DNA from: Candidatus Binatia bacterium
Lineage (GTDB): Bacteria > Desulfobacterota > Binatia > HRBIN30
Assembly: GCA_038245295.1 (NCBI GenBank)
Contig: JBBRSP010000010.1
Location: 128,001 to 192,000 of the forward strand
DNA length: 64,000 bases
Reading direction: 5' to 3'
The notes under the pieces were generated by a model. That model was given only the letters and a program-made list of their open reading frames with translations. It was not told the DNA's origin and did not search any database. A program made the position numbers and the translations under genes. Position 1 is the stretch's first letter, and each line of letters begins with the position of its first letter. Below are positions 1-9,337 of this stretch, in pieces.

Positions 1-51
1 CCAGAAGATCACCGTCTCGGGCCAGCAGAGGCCGTAGTGAGGCTTCGCCAT
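1..51 (-). CDS. 5' end of a hypothetical protein running off the window (MAKPHYGLCWPETVIFW...)
   Basis: ATG at 51-49 overlaps the TGA of the upstream ORF (TGATG coupling); frame open to the window edge. Confidence 0.4.
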   Translation of the reverse strand, partial: MAKPHYGLCWPETVIFW

Positions 52-443
52 CAGGAGCCCGGGGGCTTAGGCGGAAACTCGATGCTTAGTAGTTCGCCGG
101 ATGAGGGAGACGACCAATCATCGATCTTGATGTGGAACAACACCAATCTTGTTGAATGGTAGGACGCGACCAGAGCGGCGACTAGGCTTGCATCGGTGGC
201 CCTGATCTCCAATGCGTCTTCCTCGATCAGAAGAGCTTTGGTCGTCGCGAGGTCAGTGAAGACGTTGCGACGCTTCTTCGAGTCGAACGGCCGTAAGGGC
301 TTCATGGAATAGTCAGGGCCGCTGGTAATCGTAAGGGTTACCGCGCCTCCCCCCTCTTCCCCTGGGACGGTCATACTCATACTTCTCACGATACCGACGG
401 TAATATGTTCTGTTTCCGAAGCAGGCGTCTCCGTGTCTGGCAT
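51..443 (-). CDS. hypothetical protein (130 aa)
   Basis: ORF 51..707; start chosen at ATG 443 (MPDTET...) because a purine-rich RBS (GGAAGGGAGGGAG) precedes it. Confidence 0.55.
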   Translation of the reverse strand: MPDTETPASETEHITVGIVRSMSMTVPGEEGGGAVTLTITSGPDYSMKPLRPFDSKKRRNVFTDLATTKALLIEEDALEIRATDASLVAALVASYHSTRLVLFHIKIDDWSSPSSGELLSIEFPPKPPGS

Positions 444-721
444 GGATCTCCCTCCCTTCCTGGCAGTTTTGACTGGCGTATAAGACGTGAACCGATCAAT
501 CTCGGCTAAGGGTGATGTATTGGTAGTCCGCTTCCTGATCAATATTTGCACGCTGTAATGGCGGAATTTCAAGTCGCTGCCAGAGTTACGCGCATGCCCT
601 TTGACCCCAAGCGAAACCGTCCTAATCCAGAATAACCCTAGTAAACCCAATTGAGTTCCAATGAAGCCTCTGGTATGTTGACCGGCAATGCACGGGCCGG
701 GCGTCAAGTTTGGGTGATTCG

Positions 722-937
722 ATGGACAACAGGTGGCTCTCCGTTGACGAGATCGCGGAATACCTCGGGGTTAGTAAGGATACGGTCTACACCTGGGTGA
801 CCTCGAAGGGCATGCCTGGCCATAAGGTTGGCCGATTCTGGAAGTTCAAACGCGAGGATGTTGACGCCTGGGTACGGGATGGTGGAGCTGCGTCATCCTC
901 CGAAGATCTTAATGAGAAGGAGCGCAAGGATGGCTAG
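722..937 (+). CDS. excisionase-family helix-turn-helix DNA-binding protein (MADS Mad1-like)
   Basis: WLSVDEIAEYLGVSKDTVYTWV...MPGHKVGRFWKFKREDVDAWV is a typical HTH_17/Xis pattern; overlaps the start of the next gene. Confidence 0.85.
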   Translation: MDNRWLSVDEIAEYLGVSKDTVYTWVTSKGMPGHKVGRFWKFKREDVDAWVRDGGAASSSEDLNEKERKDG

Positions 938-1232
938 GCCCAAAGCGGCTGCGAAGTCGGAGCCGGCGGCGGCCACCGACGAGAACGGCGGCTTGTCCGA
1001 GGAGACGACCGCCATCGAGGACGGCAAGACCCTCGACTACATCACGGGCAAGCCCGTCGCCGAGAACGACAAGGAGCGCGTTCGCCAGCGTATCGCACGC
1101 GCGCTGTTTCACGAGTACGGCATTTCGGTCGAAGATATGGAGCCCGACTTCCGAGCGGCATTTGCCGGGACACCCACTCCGCTAGCGTCGTCATTTCCAC
1201 TGGTTCGCCGCATAGTTGAGCGCCCTCCATGA
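930..1232 (+). pseudogene. truncated N-terminus of an HsdR_N / N6-adenine methylase-type gene (Mad2-like); similarity appears to end at ~1151
   Basis: DYITGKPV..KERVRQRIARALFHEYGISVEDMEPDF resembles HsdR_N-containing methylase N-termini; the frame then enters a palindromic element and stops. Confidence 0.6.
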
Positions 1233-1287
1233 GACTGTGTTGTCTTCGAAGTGCGCAGCAAGACGCTGTGGGTGTCCAGGCAATTCC
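1160..1287. repeat. inverted-repeat element, GGACACCCAC family
   Basis: ATTTGCCGGGACACCCAC (1160-1177) is complementary at 16/18 positions to GTGGGTGTCCAGGCAATT (1268-1285). Confidence 0.7.
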
Positions 1288-1308
1288 CGCTCGGCTTCTT
1301 CTTGCGGG

Positions 1309-3891
1309 TCACGGCGCGCCGCCCGCCTGGACTTGGAGGCGCTGCCGCACTCGTTCGCGGACCTCGGTGTAGATGTCGACGCCGATGTCGTCAGCGACCT
1401 CGAGGGTCACCGCGATCGCGTAGGGCACAACGCCCTCAAGGCCGGGCGCGTCCTCCCGGCAGCTAACGCGCACGACGATGTCCTCGCCGTCGATGAAGGC
1501 TGCAGCAGACTCGCCTTCGAACGTGTCGTGCTGCAGCGTTCCCCGTTGCGCGGTCTGCCAGTCGGGCCCCACGCGGCTCACCTTCAACTTCGACTTTGGT
1601 GTCTCGAACCAGAGTTGTGCCTTGCGCCACTTGTGGCTCAGCGGATTGACGGGCGTAAACCAGGCGAGCGTCACCGTGAGTCGTCGCCAGCCACGTTTAC
1701 CGCTCAGCGACGGGGGCAGCGGGAATCGATGCTCTGCGCCTCCTTCCGCTGCAAGAGTTCCACCTCCAACGCCCGTCACGCGCGTCGGCGAGCACTCGGT
1801 GACGTCGTCGATCTCAAGGCGGCCGAATCCAAGTAGACGCGTTACCTGCTCCGTCCTCTTGTCCGCGTTGTCGATGGACTCGAAGTGACCGTGCAGCGCC
1901 TTCCCAAGATCGCCCCAACGAGCGCCGTGGGCGAGGAGCGTCTTGATGAGAACGGCATCGGGCACATCGGCAAGAGCCGCTGCGCCATCAACTTGCCGAA
2001 GCTCCGAGATCACCGGCGCCAAGAACGCGCCTACACGACTCAAGAGCGCCGCCGCGTTGCTGGTGCCTCGACTCTTCGCCGTGTGCGTGAGGTCACCGGC
2101 AACTGCCCCAGGTGCAGCGATCTTCACACCAGGCGACGCCGGAACCCGCACCGGGCGAAGGCGCGTCTCTTGATTCAGCACAGGGCGGTCGAACTGAAGG
2201 CGGCCGCCCTGCACGAGGAGGTCGGGCTTGATCGAGCGGCGGTAGCCCAGACCATGTGCGTTGAGCGGGCTGGGATAGCCTGCAGGGACCGGATCGAGAC
2301 GCGTCGCTGTCGGCACGTCGGTGTCGTCATCCTCGTGCAGCGCGCCGACCGTGAGCGCGTTCATCGCCTCTGCCGGCGAGAGCGCACGGCGGTTCCGGGT
2401 GTCAGCGACAACAGACTGCAGGATGACGGCCGTGAGGTCTTGCTGCGCGAGCGCCTGCAATTCCGACCAGGGCTTGCCCGTGTCCACGTCGTGCATGTGG
2501 TTGCCGGCGCTGACGACGAAGAGAACGCCGTGGGTCCAGGACAACCAGTCGAGCAGGCGTGCGAGCGGGCTCAGCGTCCCAGTGAACGGCCTGTCGAGCA
2601 CGCAGATCGAGAAGTTCACGAGGGCGACATCAGGAGCGGCCGGAGCCGTGTTGCCGTCGACCTCGAATAGCCTCCGCACTGCTCGGTGCACGAGATCGAC
2701 GACGAGGGTTCCCTCTGGAACTAGCTCGTATGGCTCCTGACCTGTCCAGGCCGGAGGGAACACCGGCCGCATGATGGGGCGCACGTACAGGGGCTGTGGG
2801 ATAGGCGAGCAGTTGGGATCGTTGAGGTCGCCCCCGATGATGAGCGAAGCCATTCCCGTTCCGTGCGCGCGCGCATCGACCCGGTAGTCAGTCTCGAAGC
2901 TGTCGGGATCGTCGACGAGGAGTCGGTTGGCGAGCGCGTTGTGGTTCTGCAACGGAAGACCGTCGAGCAGTGCAACGCGCGCGGGGCCCGCAGCCTGCGG
3001 TCCCGCGTACACCGTCGTGGACGCAGCCTTCTCACCGGGCACGCGTACCGCCATCTGCCCGGCAGCGCGGAAGAACTGGATCTGCTCGCTCTGCACAAGC
3101 TGCACTTGGTTGCGGGTCTGCTCGTTGAGCACCTTTTGAACGGCGGCGATGGGAAGCCGCACGGCCAGGCCGTGGTAGTGGATGCCCGGCACGATGCCTT
3201 CGCTGAGCACCGTTCCACCGAGCTCTTGCACCCGCGCGCGAACCACCTGGGATGCCGCCTGCCGTCGTTGCGGGTTCGCTCGGAACCACAGCTCGATCTC
3301 GCAGTGGACGTGCTCCACGTTCTCCTGAACGCGCGTGGTCCAGTCCGAGAGCACGCCGGTTTCCTCAAGTCGGTCCTTCACACCCCACGGGCGAATGTCG
3401 CGCAGCAACTCGAAGGCGTCGCGCCACTTCGTGAGGCCGCGGTCGAACTTCGCTCCGCTCTGGAACCGCTGCCACAACGTTTGTAGCTGGCGGAAGGCGT
3501 CCTGGTTCGTGAAGACCATGTAGACGCGCCCGGTGTACGGGACGTGTGCGCCCTTCTTGTCGACGAAGAAGTCATCGTCGGATGGGATGTCCTGCTCGTC
3601 GTACTCGGACAGGAACTCGAAGCCGTCGATCTTGCTGACCGCCTTCACGAACTCCTCGACCGTGCCCGCAGTCTCGAGAACCAGCACGTCTTCGGGCACA
3701 ACACCGGTGGCTGCAGTCTGAAGCTGAACGCGCTTCGACTCGAACGCCTTCTCCAGCTCCTGAAGCCGTGGCCCCAAGCGCTCTTGCTGGCGCCCGGCGC
3801 CAAGCTTCGCGGGGCCTCCACCACCGCCGCCCTTCTTGCCTCGGGTCGCGGTGGTCGCCTCCGGTAGAAGCAGAAGTGGGCGTTCAGCCAT
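1309..3891 (-). CDS. S8 family subtilisin-like serine protease (IetS-like)
   Basis: Catalytic triad motifs ALLDG, HGTGMAS, GTSNAA; no signal peptide; start overlaps the AAA ATPase stop region. Confidence 0.9.
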   Translation of the reverse strand: MAERPLLLLPEATTATRGKKGGGGGGPAKLGAGRQQERLGPRLQELEKAFESKRVQLQTAATGVVPEDVLVLETAGTVEEFVKAVSKIDGFEFLSEYDEQDIPSDDDFFVDKKGAHVPYTGRVYMVFTNQDAFRQLQTLWQRFQSGAKFDRGLTKWRDAFELLRDIRPWGVKDRLEETGVLSDWTTRVQENVEHVHCEIELWFRANPQRRQAASQVVRARVQELGGTVLSEGIVPGIHYHGLAVRLPIAAVQKVLNEQTRNQVQLVQSEQIQFFRAAGQMAVRVPGEKAASTTVYAGPQAAGPARVALLDGLPLQNHNALANRLLVDDPDSFETDYRVDARAHGTGMASLIIGGDLNDPNCSPIPQPLYVRPIMRPVFPPAWTGQEPYELVPEGTLVVDLVHRAVRRLFEVDGNTAPAAPDVALVNFSICVLDRPFTGTLSPLARLLDWLSWTHGVLFVVSAGNHMHDVDTGKPWSELQALAQQDLTAVILQSVVADTRNRRALSPAEAMNALTVGALHEDDDTDVPTATRLDPVPAGYPSPLNAHGLGYRRSIKPDLLVQGGRLQFDRPVLNQETRLRPVRVPASPGVKIAAPGAVAGDLTHTAKSRGTSNAAALLSRVGAFLAPVISELRQVDGAAALADVPDAVLIKTLLAHGARWGDLGKALHGHFESIDNADKRTEQVTRLLGFGRLEIDDVTECSPTRVTGVGGGTLAAEGGAEHRFPLPPSLSGKRGWRRLTVTLAWFTPVNPLSHKWRKAQLWFETPKSKLKVSRVGPDWQTAQRGTLQHDTFEGESAAAFIDGEDIVVRVSCREDAPGLEGVVPYAIAVTLEVADDIGVDIYTEVRERVRQRLQVQAGGAP

Positions 3892-4882
3892 CGCGCTTCC
3901 TCATGGTCTCGGTCCTGGGCTTCACGCGCGCGTTCCACTGCTTGAGCCGCTGATTCACGATGGACCGCAGATCACCGTCGGGCAGCGCCAGGACATAGCG
4001 GCGCTGAACATCGAGCGCGAAGAGCTCGAGCTCGGCGAAGCTGATCGAGCCGAGGGTCTTCGCCAGGTTCGCGTGCGAATGTGCAAGCGAGAATCCCGCA
4101 CGCGCCTCGAACTGCTTGAGCCACTCGACGCGCTGTTCCTTCGTCGGCACGGGCAGCGGCAGTCGTACCTGGAAGCGACGCCACGCGGCACGGTCGAGGA
4201 GCTCGCCGTGGTTTGTCGCGGCCACAACGACCACGTGCGAGGGCAACTGGTCCACCTGCAGAAGCAGCGAGCTGACGACGCGCTTGATCTCGCCGGTCTC
4301 GTGAACGTCACCGCGCTCCTTACCGACGACGTCGAACTCGTCGAAGAACAGCACGCACCGCTCGGTGCGCACCTGGGCAAAAAGCTTTGCGAGCCGGACC
4401 GCCGTTTCGCCGAGATAGCTCCCGATGATGCTTTCGTAGCGAACGACGTAGAGAGGCACCGAAAGCTCGAAGGCCAGTGCCTCGGCGAGCGTGGTCTTCC
4501 CGTTGCCAGGTGGACCGCTGAGCAGGACGCGGTGGCGCGGCTCAAGGCCGTGCGACCGTAGCAGGTCCGCTCGCTGGTGTTCCTCCACCAGCTCGCTGCA
4601 GGCGTCTCGCACCACGGCCGGGAGCACGAGGCTCGCCAGGTTGCGGCGCGCCCGCACTTCGGCGAAGGCCGTACGGTCGCCGCCGTTTGACTCCGGCAGA
4701 GAGCGCGCCGGCCGCAGCGCGTTGCCGTTGAGGCGGAGGTGCGCGGCGAGCTGGTCGGCCAGCACGTTGTGCTGCTTCGCCTTCTCTTCGGCGATCAACG
4801 CCTCGAGGGTCTTGCGAAACAGCTCCTGGTTCCCCTCTGCTCCCGCCTTGACGATGTCGAGCAACAGATCAGCGCGAGCCAT
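3884..4882 (-). CDS. AAA+ ATPase (IetA-like partner of the S8 protease)
   Basis: Walker A GPPGNGKT, Walker B LFFDEFD, SRH AATNH..LDRAAWRRF; RBS GGAAGGAG before ATG 4882. Confidence 0.92.
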   Translation of the reverse strand: MARADLLLDIVKAGAEGNQELFRKTLEALIAEEKAKQHNVLADQLAAHLRLNGNALRPARSLPESNGGDRTAFAEVRARRNLASLVLPAVVRDACSELVEEHQRADLLRSHGLEPRHRVLLSGPPGNGKTTLAEALAFELSVPLYVVRYESIIGSYLGETAVRLAKLFAQVRTERCVLFFDEFDVVGKERGDVHETGEIKRVVSSLLLQVDQLPSHVVVVAATNHGELLDRAAWRRFQVRLPLPVPTKEQRVEWLKQFEARAGFSLAHSHANLAKTLGSISFAELELFALDVQRRYVLALPDGDLRSIVNQRLKQWNARVKPRTETMRKRDG

Positions 4883-4996
4883 GTTTGGGCTCCTTCCAAG
4901 AGGGCAAACGCAGCCATCGCCCGCCGAACGGGACACACATTCGATTCCTCTCGTCCACGACCTCGTACGCGCGTGGCGTCACTCCCGTTTTCGGGG

Positions 4997-7771
4997 TCAT
5001 GCGGTCCCCCCACTCACCTCGACCCAGCCGATCAGCTTCGCGGCGTAGCTCCCGCCCTCGGGAACGATCTCGCGGTGCTGCAGCTCGCGCTCGAGCATCG
5101 GCTCGACCTTCTCGTGGAGGAGCGCCGTGCGCGCTGACGCCGTCGTTCCGTTGACGTGGCCGGGACGCGTGAAGACGCCCGCACCGAGCCGTTCGAGGCG
5201 CGAATTGCGCTTGCCGTCGTCGCTCACGCCGAGGGGCAACACGGCGGCGCGGTGCTCGCCGGAGGGGCCGCGCGTCTCGACGAGCCACCACGTGAGCACG
5301 CCCGGACCTTCCTCACCCGAGACCGCGAGGCCGATGCCCTCCGGCGACACGGTCTGCCACCGCTTGATGGCCTCTTGCACGAGCGGATGATCGAGGCCGA
5401 GCAGATCGAGGTCGGCCCGCGCGCGGGCAGCATCGCGGTCGAGCGTGAAGCGGCAGACCACCTTCTGCTCGGCGTCCTTCACGACGTATGTGCCGTCCTC
5501 CTGCGCATCGACGCGGCGGCCATCGGCGGTGATGGATGCGCGCAGGAACTCCAGCACGCGCTCAAGCCCCGGCCTCACGTTGGCGAAGGGCTTGTAGTCG
5601 TCGAGCGAGAAGCCATCGAGATCCTGGAACAGCTCGAAGACCACCTTGCGCGCCTCGGAGGCGTTGGAGAGCGCCGCTTCGAGCTCCTCCTTCGTGCGAC
5701 GCAATTCGGGGTCACCGAGCGCTTCGCGATAGAGCTTGTCATACGTAAGACGCTCGGAGAGCTGGCCAAGCACCTGGCTGCGCAGGTCCTCGGCGACGTT
5801 CCCGTCCTCGTCGACCTTGCCGAGGGTCTTCGCAATCTCCTGCAGCTTCTCGTCGAGCAGCAGGAAGATCCTGCCCTCGATCGTGTCGGACAGGACGAGG
5901 TTGTAAACCTGCGCGGTATGTTTCTGGCCGTACCGATGGATGCGCCCGATGCGCTGCTCCATGTCCATCGGGTTCCACGGGAGGTCGAAGTTGAAGAGGA
6001 TGCGCGCGAATTGCAGGTTGATGCCTTCGCGTCCCGCTGCCGTGCAGACAAGCACGCGCGGACCGTCGGCCTTCCTGAACTTCCGCTCGGCGGCGAGCTT
6101 CGCCCCGTGGTCTCCACCGCGCAGGACGACGACGCCCTGGCCCGGGTATGCCTTCTCGATCTCGTGACCGAGCAGGTCGACGGTGCCGAGGTAGGTCGCG
6201 AAGATGACGACCTTCTCGGTCGGGTCCTGCTCCCACAGTGCGCCGAGTCCGCGCAGCAACTTGTCAACCTTCGTCTCGCGACGCTCGGGGAACACGCGGA
6301 GCAGCTCGCGGATGCGCAGGCGCTCCTCCGGCAGCGCAAGCTTCACAGCCATCACGGCCATGTCCTCGCCGCCGGTCGCTGCGAGCTCGCCAGCGCCGGC
6401 GTCCGACGCGAGCTCCAGCTCCTCCTCGTTTAGCTTCTTGAGGAGTTTTACGCGAAGGTCGGCGAGGATCGCATCGACCTGTCCGCGTCCCACCGAGTCG
6501 CGGGTCACCTCGAACTCGTCGTGGATCAGCTCGCGGGCCTCGGCGAGGAGCCGCTCGCGCGCGTCAATGTCAAGCTCCTCGTCCTTGAGGATGGCCTCGT
6601 GGAGCGTGAGCATCAGGATGCGTCGCCGAAGCGTCCGCCGAACGGCGGCAAAGCTCGACGCGGCGATCTTCTGGAAGATCGTCATCACGAAGCCGAGCGC
6701 GCGGCCTTGATTACCCTGGCGTTGAGCGAGCGCGAAGCCGTCCTCAAGGTACTCCTTGAGCGCCGCGTAGAAGGTGCGCTCCTGCTCGACCATCGTGAAC
6801 GACTCGGTGTGGACCCAGCGGCGAGCGAAGAGCGGTGAGCCATCAGGACGGCAGGCGTCGGCCTTGGTGCGACGGAACACCACCGAGTTCAGGCGGTGCC
6901 GATTGTCGACCATGTCCTCTGGACTCTTGAACAGGGTCGGGTTTAGGAGTTGCAGGAGCATCCAAAACCGAAAGTGGTCGCCTTGGTGTGGCGTGGCCGA
7001 GAGCAGCACGAGATCGCGGGAGTGCCCCTTGAGCGCCTCGGCTAGCTTGTAGTTCTCCGTCTTCGTAACCTTCCTGCCGTTACGGGAGGCTGTCAGGTGA
7101 TGCGCTTCGTCGAACACGACGAGGTCCCATTGCGGGGCTTCGAGCAGGCGCTTGATGCGGGCGGGGCGCTTGAGCGTGTCGATGCTCGCGATGAGCCTGT
7201 CGTGCTTCATGAAGGCGTTGGACTTGCGGTCGGTGACGTCCCCCTCGCTGCCAAATACCTCGAAGTCGAGGCGGAAGACCTCGTTCATCTCGCGGTGCCA
7301 GTTGTTCACGAGGCCTGCTGGGACGACCATCAGCGCGCGGTTCAGCTCGCCACGGCTCGCCAGCTCGCGAAGGAGCAACGCGGCCTCGATGGTCTTGCCG
7401 AGGCCGACCTCATCGGCGACGAGGTAGCGGCGGGGCGAGGCTGTTGCGATGCGATGGGTCAGCACCACCTGGTGCGGCAGGAGGTCGATCGGCGCCGCCG
7501 TCAGCGCAGCCGCGCTCTCCATGAGGGGCAGCGCGTGCGCCTCGTACTCGAGCCACGCCTCGCGCCGCCGGTCGTCGCTACCTGCGACCGAGCTGACGAC
7601 GCGGTCGGTGCGCGAGAGGAAGGGCTGGAGCGCTGTGACGGCGACGAGCCGCTCGCCGCCCGCGAAGAACGCTCGCACGTAGCCGTTGCGCTCGGAGTCG
7701 ACGACAACGCCCTCGCCGTGCTCGGCGTGGCTGACGCGCTGCCCAGGTTTGAACGCAGCGACTTCGCTCAT
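4997..7771 (-). CDS. SNF2/SF2 helicase-like ATPase
   Basis: ADEVGLGKT, DEAHH, LLSATP, EGINLQ, QRIGRIHRYG motifs; no obvious C-terminal nuclease motif. Confidence 0.92.
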   Translation of the reverse strand: MSEVAAFKPGQRVSHAEHGEGVVVDSERNGYVRAFFAGGERLVAVTALQPFLSRTDRVVSSVAGSDDRRREAWLEYEAHALPLMESAAALTAAPIDLLPHQVVLTHRIATASPRRYLVADEVGLGKTIEAALLLRELASRGELNRALMVVPAGLVNNWHREMNEVFRLDFEVFGSEGDVTDRKSNAFMKHDRLIASIDTLKRPARIKRLLEAPQWDLVVFDEAHHLTASRNGRKVTKTENYKLAEALKGHSRDLVLLSATPHQGDHFRFWMLLQLLNPTLFKSPEDMVDNRHRLNSVVFRRTKADACRPDGSPLFARRWVHTESFTMVEQERTFYAALKEYLEDGFALAQRQGNQGRALGFVMTIFQKIAASSFAAVRRTLRRRILMLTLHEAILKDEELDIDARERLLAEARELIHDEFEVTRDSVGRGQVDAILADLRVKLLKKLNEEELELASDAGAGELAATGGEDMAVMAVKLALPEERLRIRELLRVFPERRETKVDKLLRGLGALWEQDPTEKVVIFATYLGTVDLLGHEIEKAYPGQGVVVLRGGDHGAKLAAERKFRKADGPRVLVCTAAGREGINLQFARILFNFDLPWNPMDMEQRIGRIHRYGQKHTAQVYNLVLSDTIEGRIFLLLDEKLQEIAKTLGKVDEDGNVAEDLRSQVLGQLSERLTYDKLYREALGDPELRRTKEELEAALSNASEARKVVFELFQDLDGFSLDDYKPFANVRPGLERVLEFLRASITADGRRVDAQEDGTYVVKDAEQKVVCRFTLDRDAARARADLDLLGLDHPLVQEAIKRWQTVSPEGIGLAVSGEEGPGVLTWWLVETRGPSGEHRAAVLPLGVSDDGKRNSRLERLGAGVFTRPGHVNGTTASARTALLHEKVEPMLERELQHREIVPEGGSYAAKLIGWVEVSGGTA

Positions 7772-7781
7772 GCCAGTCCCT

Positions 7782-8816
7782 TCATAGTGCCGCCGAGGCC
7801 ATCCGTACCTCGAGCGCCCTCTTCATCTGCGAAGTCAGTGTTCGGTCTCTGTCGAAGAACGTGGGCTTGCGGATCTGGGAGCCGTCATAGCGGAGCAGCA
7901 CATCGTCGAGACCGTTCGAGCGATTGCACTCCCTGAAGAACTTGACAGCATCGTTGTCGATCGCGATCTTCAGCGTGGGACGAATCACGTACACCTTGGC
8001 GTCGAACAGCCGGTGGTGATTCGGACAGAGGGACACGCCGTTCCAGACTTCGTCAACCCCTTGCGGCTCGCAAGCGGGAATGATGTGTGCTCCCTCCACG
8101 ATGTTGAGCTGCGCCGAGCAGACTGCGCACGCGAAGTTGTATTGCGCGCCCACGAGCGGGGCGAACCGATGGTCGCGCGCGATGCGCTCAAGCACGATGC
8201 GTCGTCGAATCGTCTCGGCAGGAGTCGTCGGCATGGCGGTCGCCGGAACGACGGAGATGTTGGGTGTGCTTTCGAGAAGAAATGCCTCACGTTCGTCGCC
8301 TTGCAGCCCGCTGGCGTCGGCCTGGTGAAACTGCCGCATCAGGTGCAGTAGGTTCCCCGACGTGCAGGCGACGCGGACCTCTTCATTTCCACCGCTCCCT
8401 CGCATCGTTCGCGGCGATGCAACGGCCCACCCAGTCCTTCTCGCCTCGCTCAGCAAGTTCTCCTGAACCTGCACGGCCTTGCTATACGAGAAGTCAGCGT
8501 GAAACCTCGCCTCCCAAGCCACGAAGACTCCGAAGTCCGGCGAGTACCCAAGCAGGAATGTCGGCACCGCATCCAACTTGAGATCGCCACGATCACCACG
8601 CGTCTGGCCGGGCAAGATGAGCTGAATCTTGAACTCGTCGGCGGGGCGATCGGACGACTCGACGTGCGTGACAGTCCACAAGTAGAAGCGCGCCGTGCCG
8701 AAGTCAGAGATCGTGGCGAGTGCGGGGCGCGTTTCGTCGCCAGTGCTGAACGTCGTTCCCACGGCCAAAGCTGCGGCAAGCTTCGCCTTCAAGACATGCT
8801 GCGGCAGCGCGGGCAT
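7782..8816 (-). CDS. HNH endonuclease with an N-terminal domain of unknown (possibly modification-reading) function
   Basis: CAVC...GAHIIP...NGVSLCPNHHRLFD (HNH_2-type); ATG 8816 overlaps the upstream TAA (TAATG). Confidence 0.85.
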   Translation of the reverse strand: MPALPQHVLKAKLAAALAVGTTFSTGDETRPALATISDFGTARFYLWTVTHVESSDRPADEFKIQLILPGQTRGDRGDLKLDAVPTFLLGYSPDFGVFVAWEARFHADFSYSKAVQVQENLLSEARRTGWAVASPRTMRGSGGNEEVRVACTSGNLLHLMRQFHQADASGLQGDEREAFLLESTPNISVVPATAMPTTPAETIRRRIVLERIARDHRFAPLVGAQYNFACAVCSAQLNIVEGAHIIPACEPQGVDEVWNGVSLCPNHHRLFDAKVYVIRPTLKIAIDNDAVKFFRECNRSNGLDDVLLRYDGSQIRKPTFFDRDRTLTSQMKRALEVRMASAAL

Positions 8817-9337
8817 TAGGAAATCCTCGGATGATGGAGGCCAACGTAGGCTTCGCCGTCGAAGTCGGGGTTCTTTTCCTCGGAGACAAGAATGCGGCCT
8901 ACGTCGGCTTCGGCGCCGCCCCACAGGCACCGGCCCAGCGGCAAGCGTGCGCCATCCTTCGTCGCGCTGAACCGCCAGAAATACTCTTCGTCCGCAAGGT
9001 CCATGCCGATACGGGTGCGGCCCGATGCGAGCCAGAGGATGAGCGCGGCCTGCCCCTCGTAGTGCTCTTGGAAGCTTAACACCGCCGACTTCACGTCGTT
9101 CTCGAGCCATGAGACGGCGTCCTGCTCCGACAGTGAGTCGAGGCAGCCGTCGAGCCCGGCGACGACGAGGGCGTCGCCCTCGGAGCCAGGGAGGTCGTCG
9201 GGCCACGCCTTCCTCAACGCGAAGAAGTCGCGGATCGACACCACGGCAGTCGGTGCGATGACGGTGGTCAGAACACGCGGCTCCCACAGCAGCGAGAAGC
9301 CGCGACGCTTCCAGCGATCGCCCTGGACAGTGATCAT
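8816..9337 (-). CDS. hypothetical protein of the DUF499/PglZ/DUF1156 operon (173 aa, alpha/beta)
   Basis: Translationally coupled on both sides (ATGA at 9337-9334, TAATG at 8818-8814). Confidence 0.8.
   Translation of the reverse strand: MITVQGDRWKRRGFSLLWEPRVLTTVIAPTAVVSIRDFFALRKAWPDDLPGSEGDALVVAGLDGCLDSLSEQDAVSWLENDVKSAVLSFQEHYEGQAALILWLASGRTRIGMDLADEEYFWRFSATKDGARLPLGRCLWGGAEADVGRILVSEEKNPDFDGEAYVGLHHPRIS

Noticed and set aside
722..937. Prophage or ICE excision module
   Set aside because: No integrase, phage or conjugation genes in the window; context fits a defence-operon regulator
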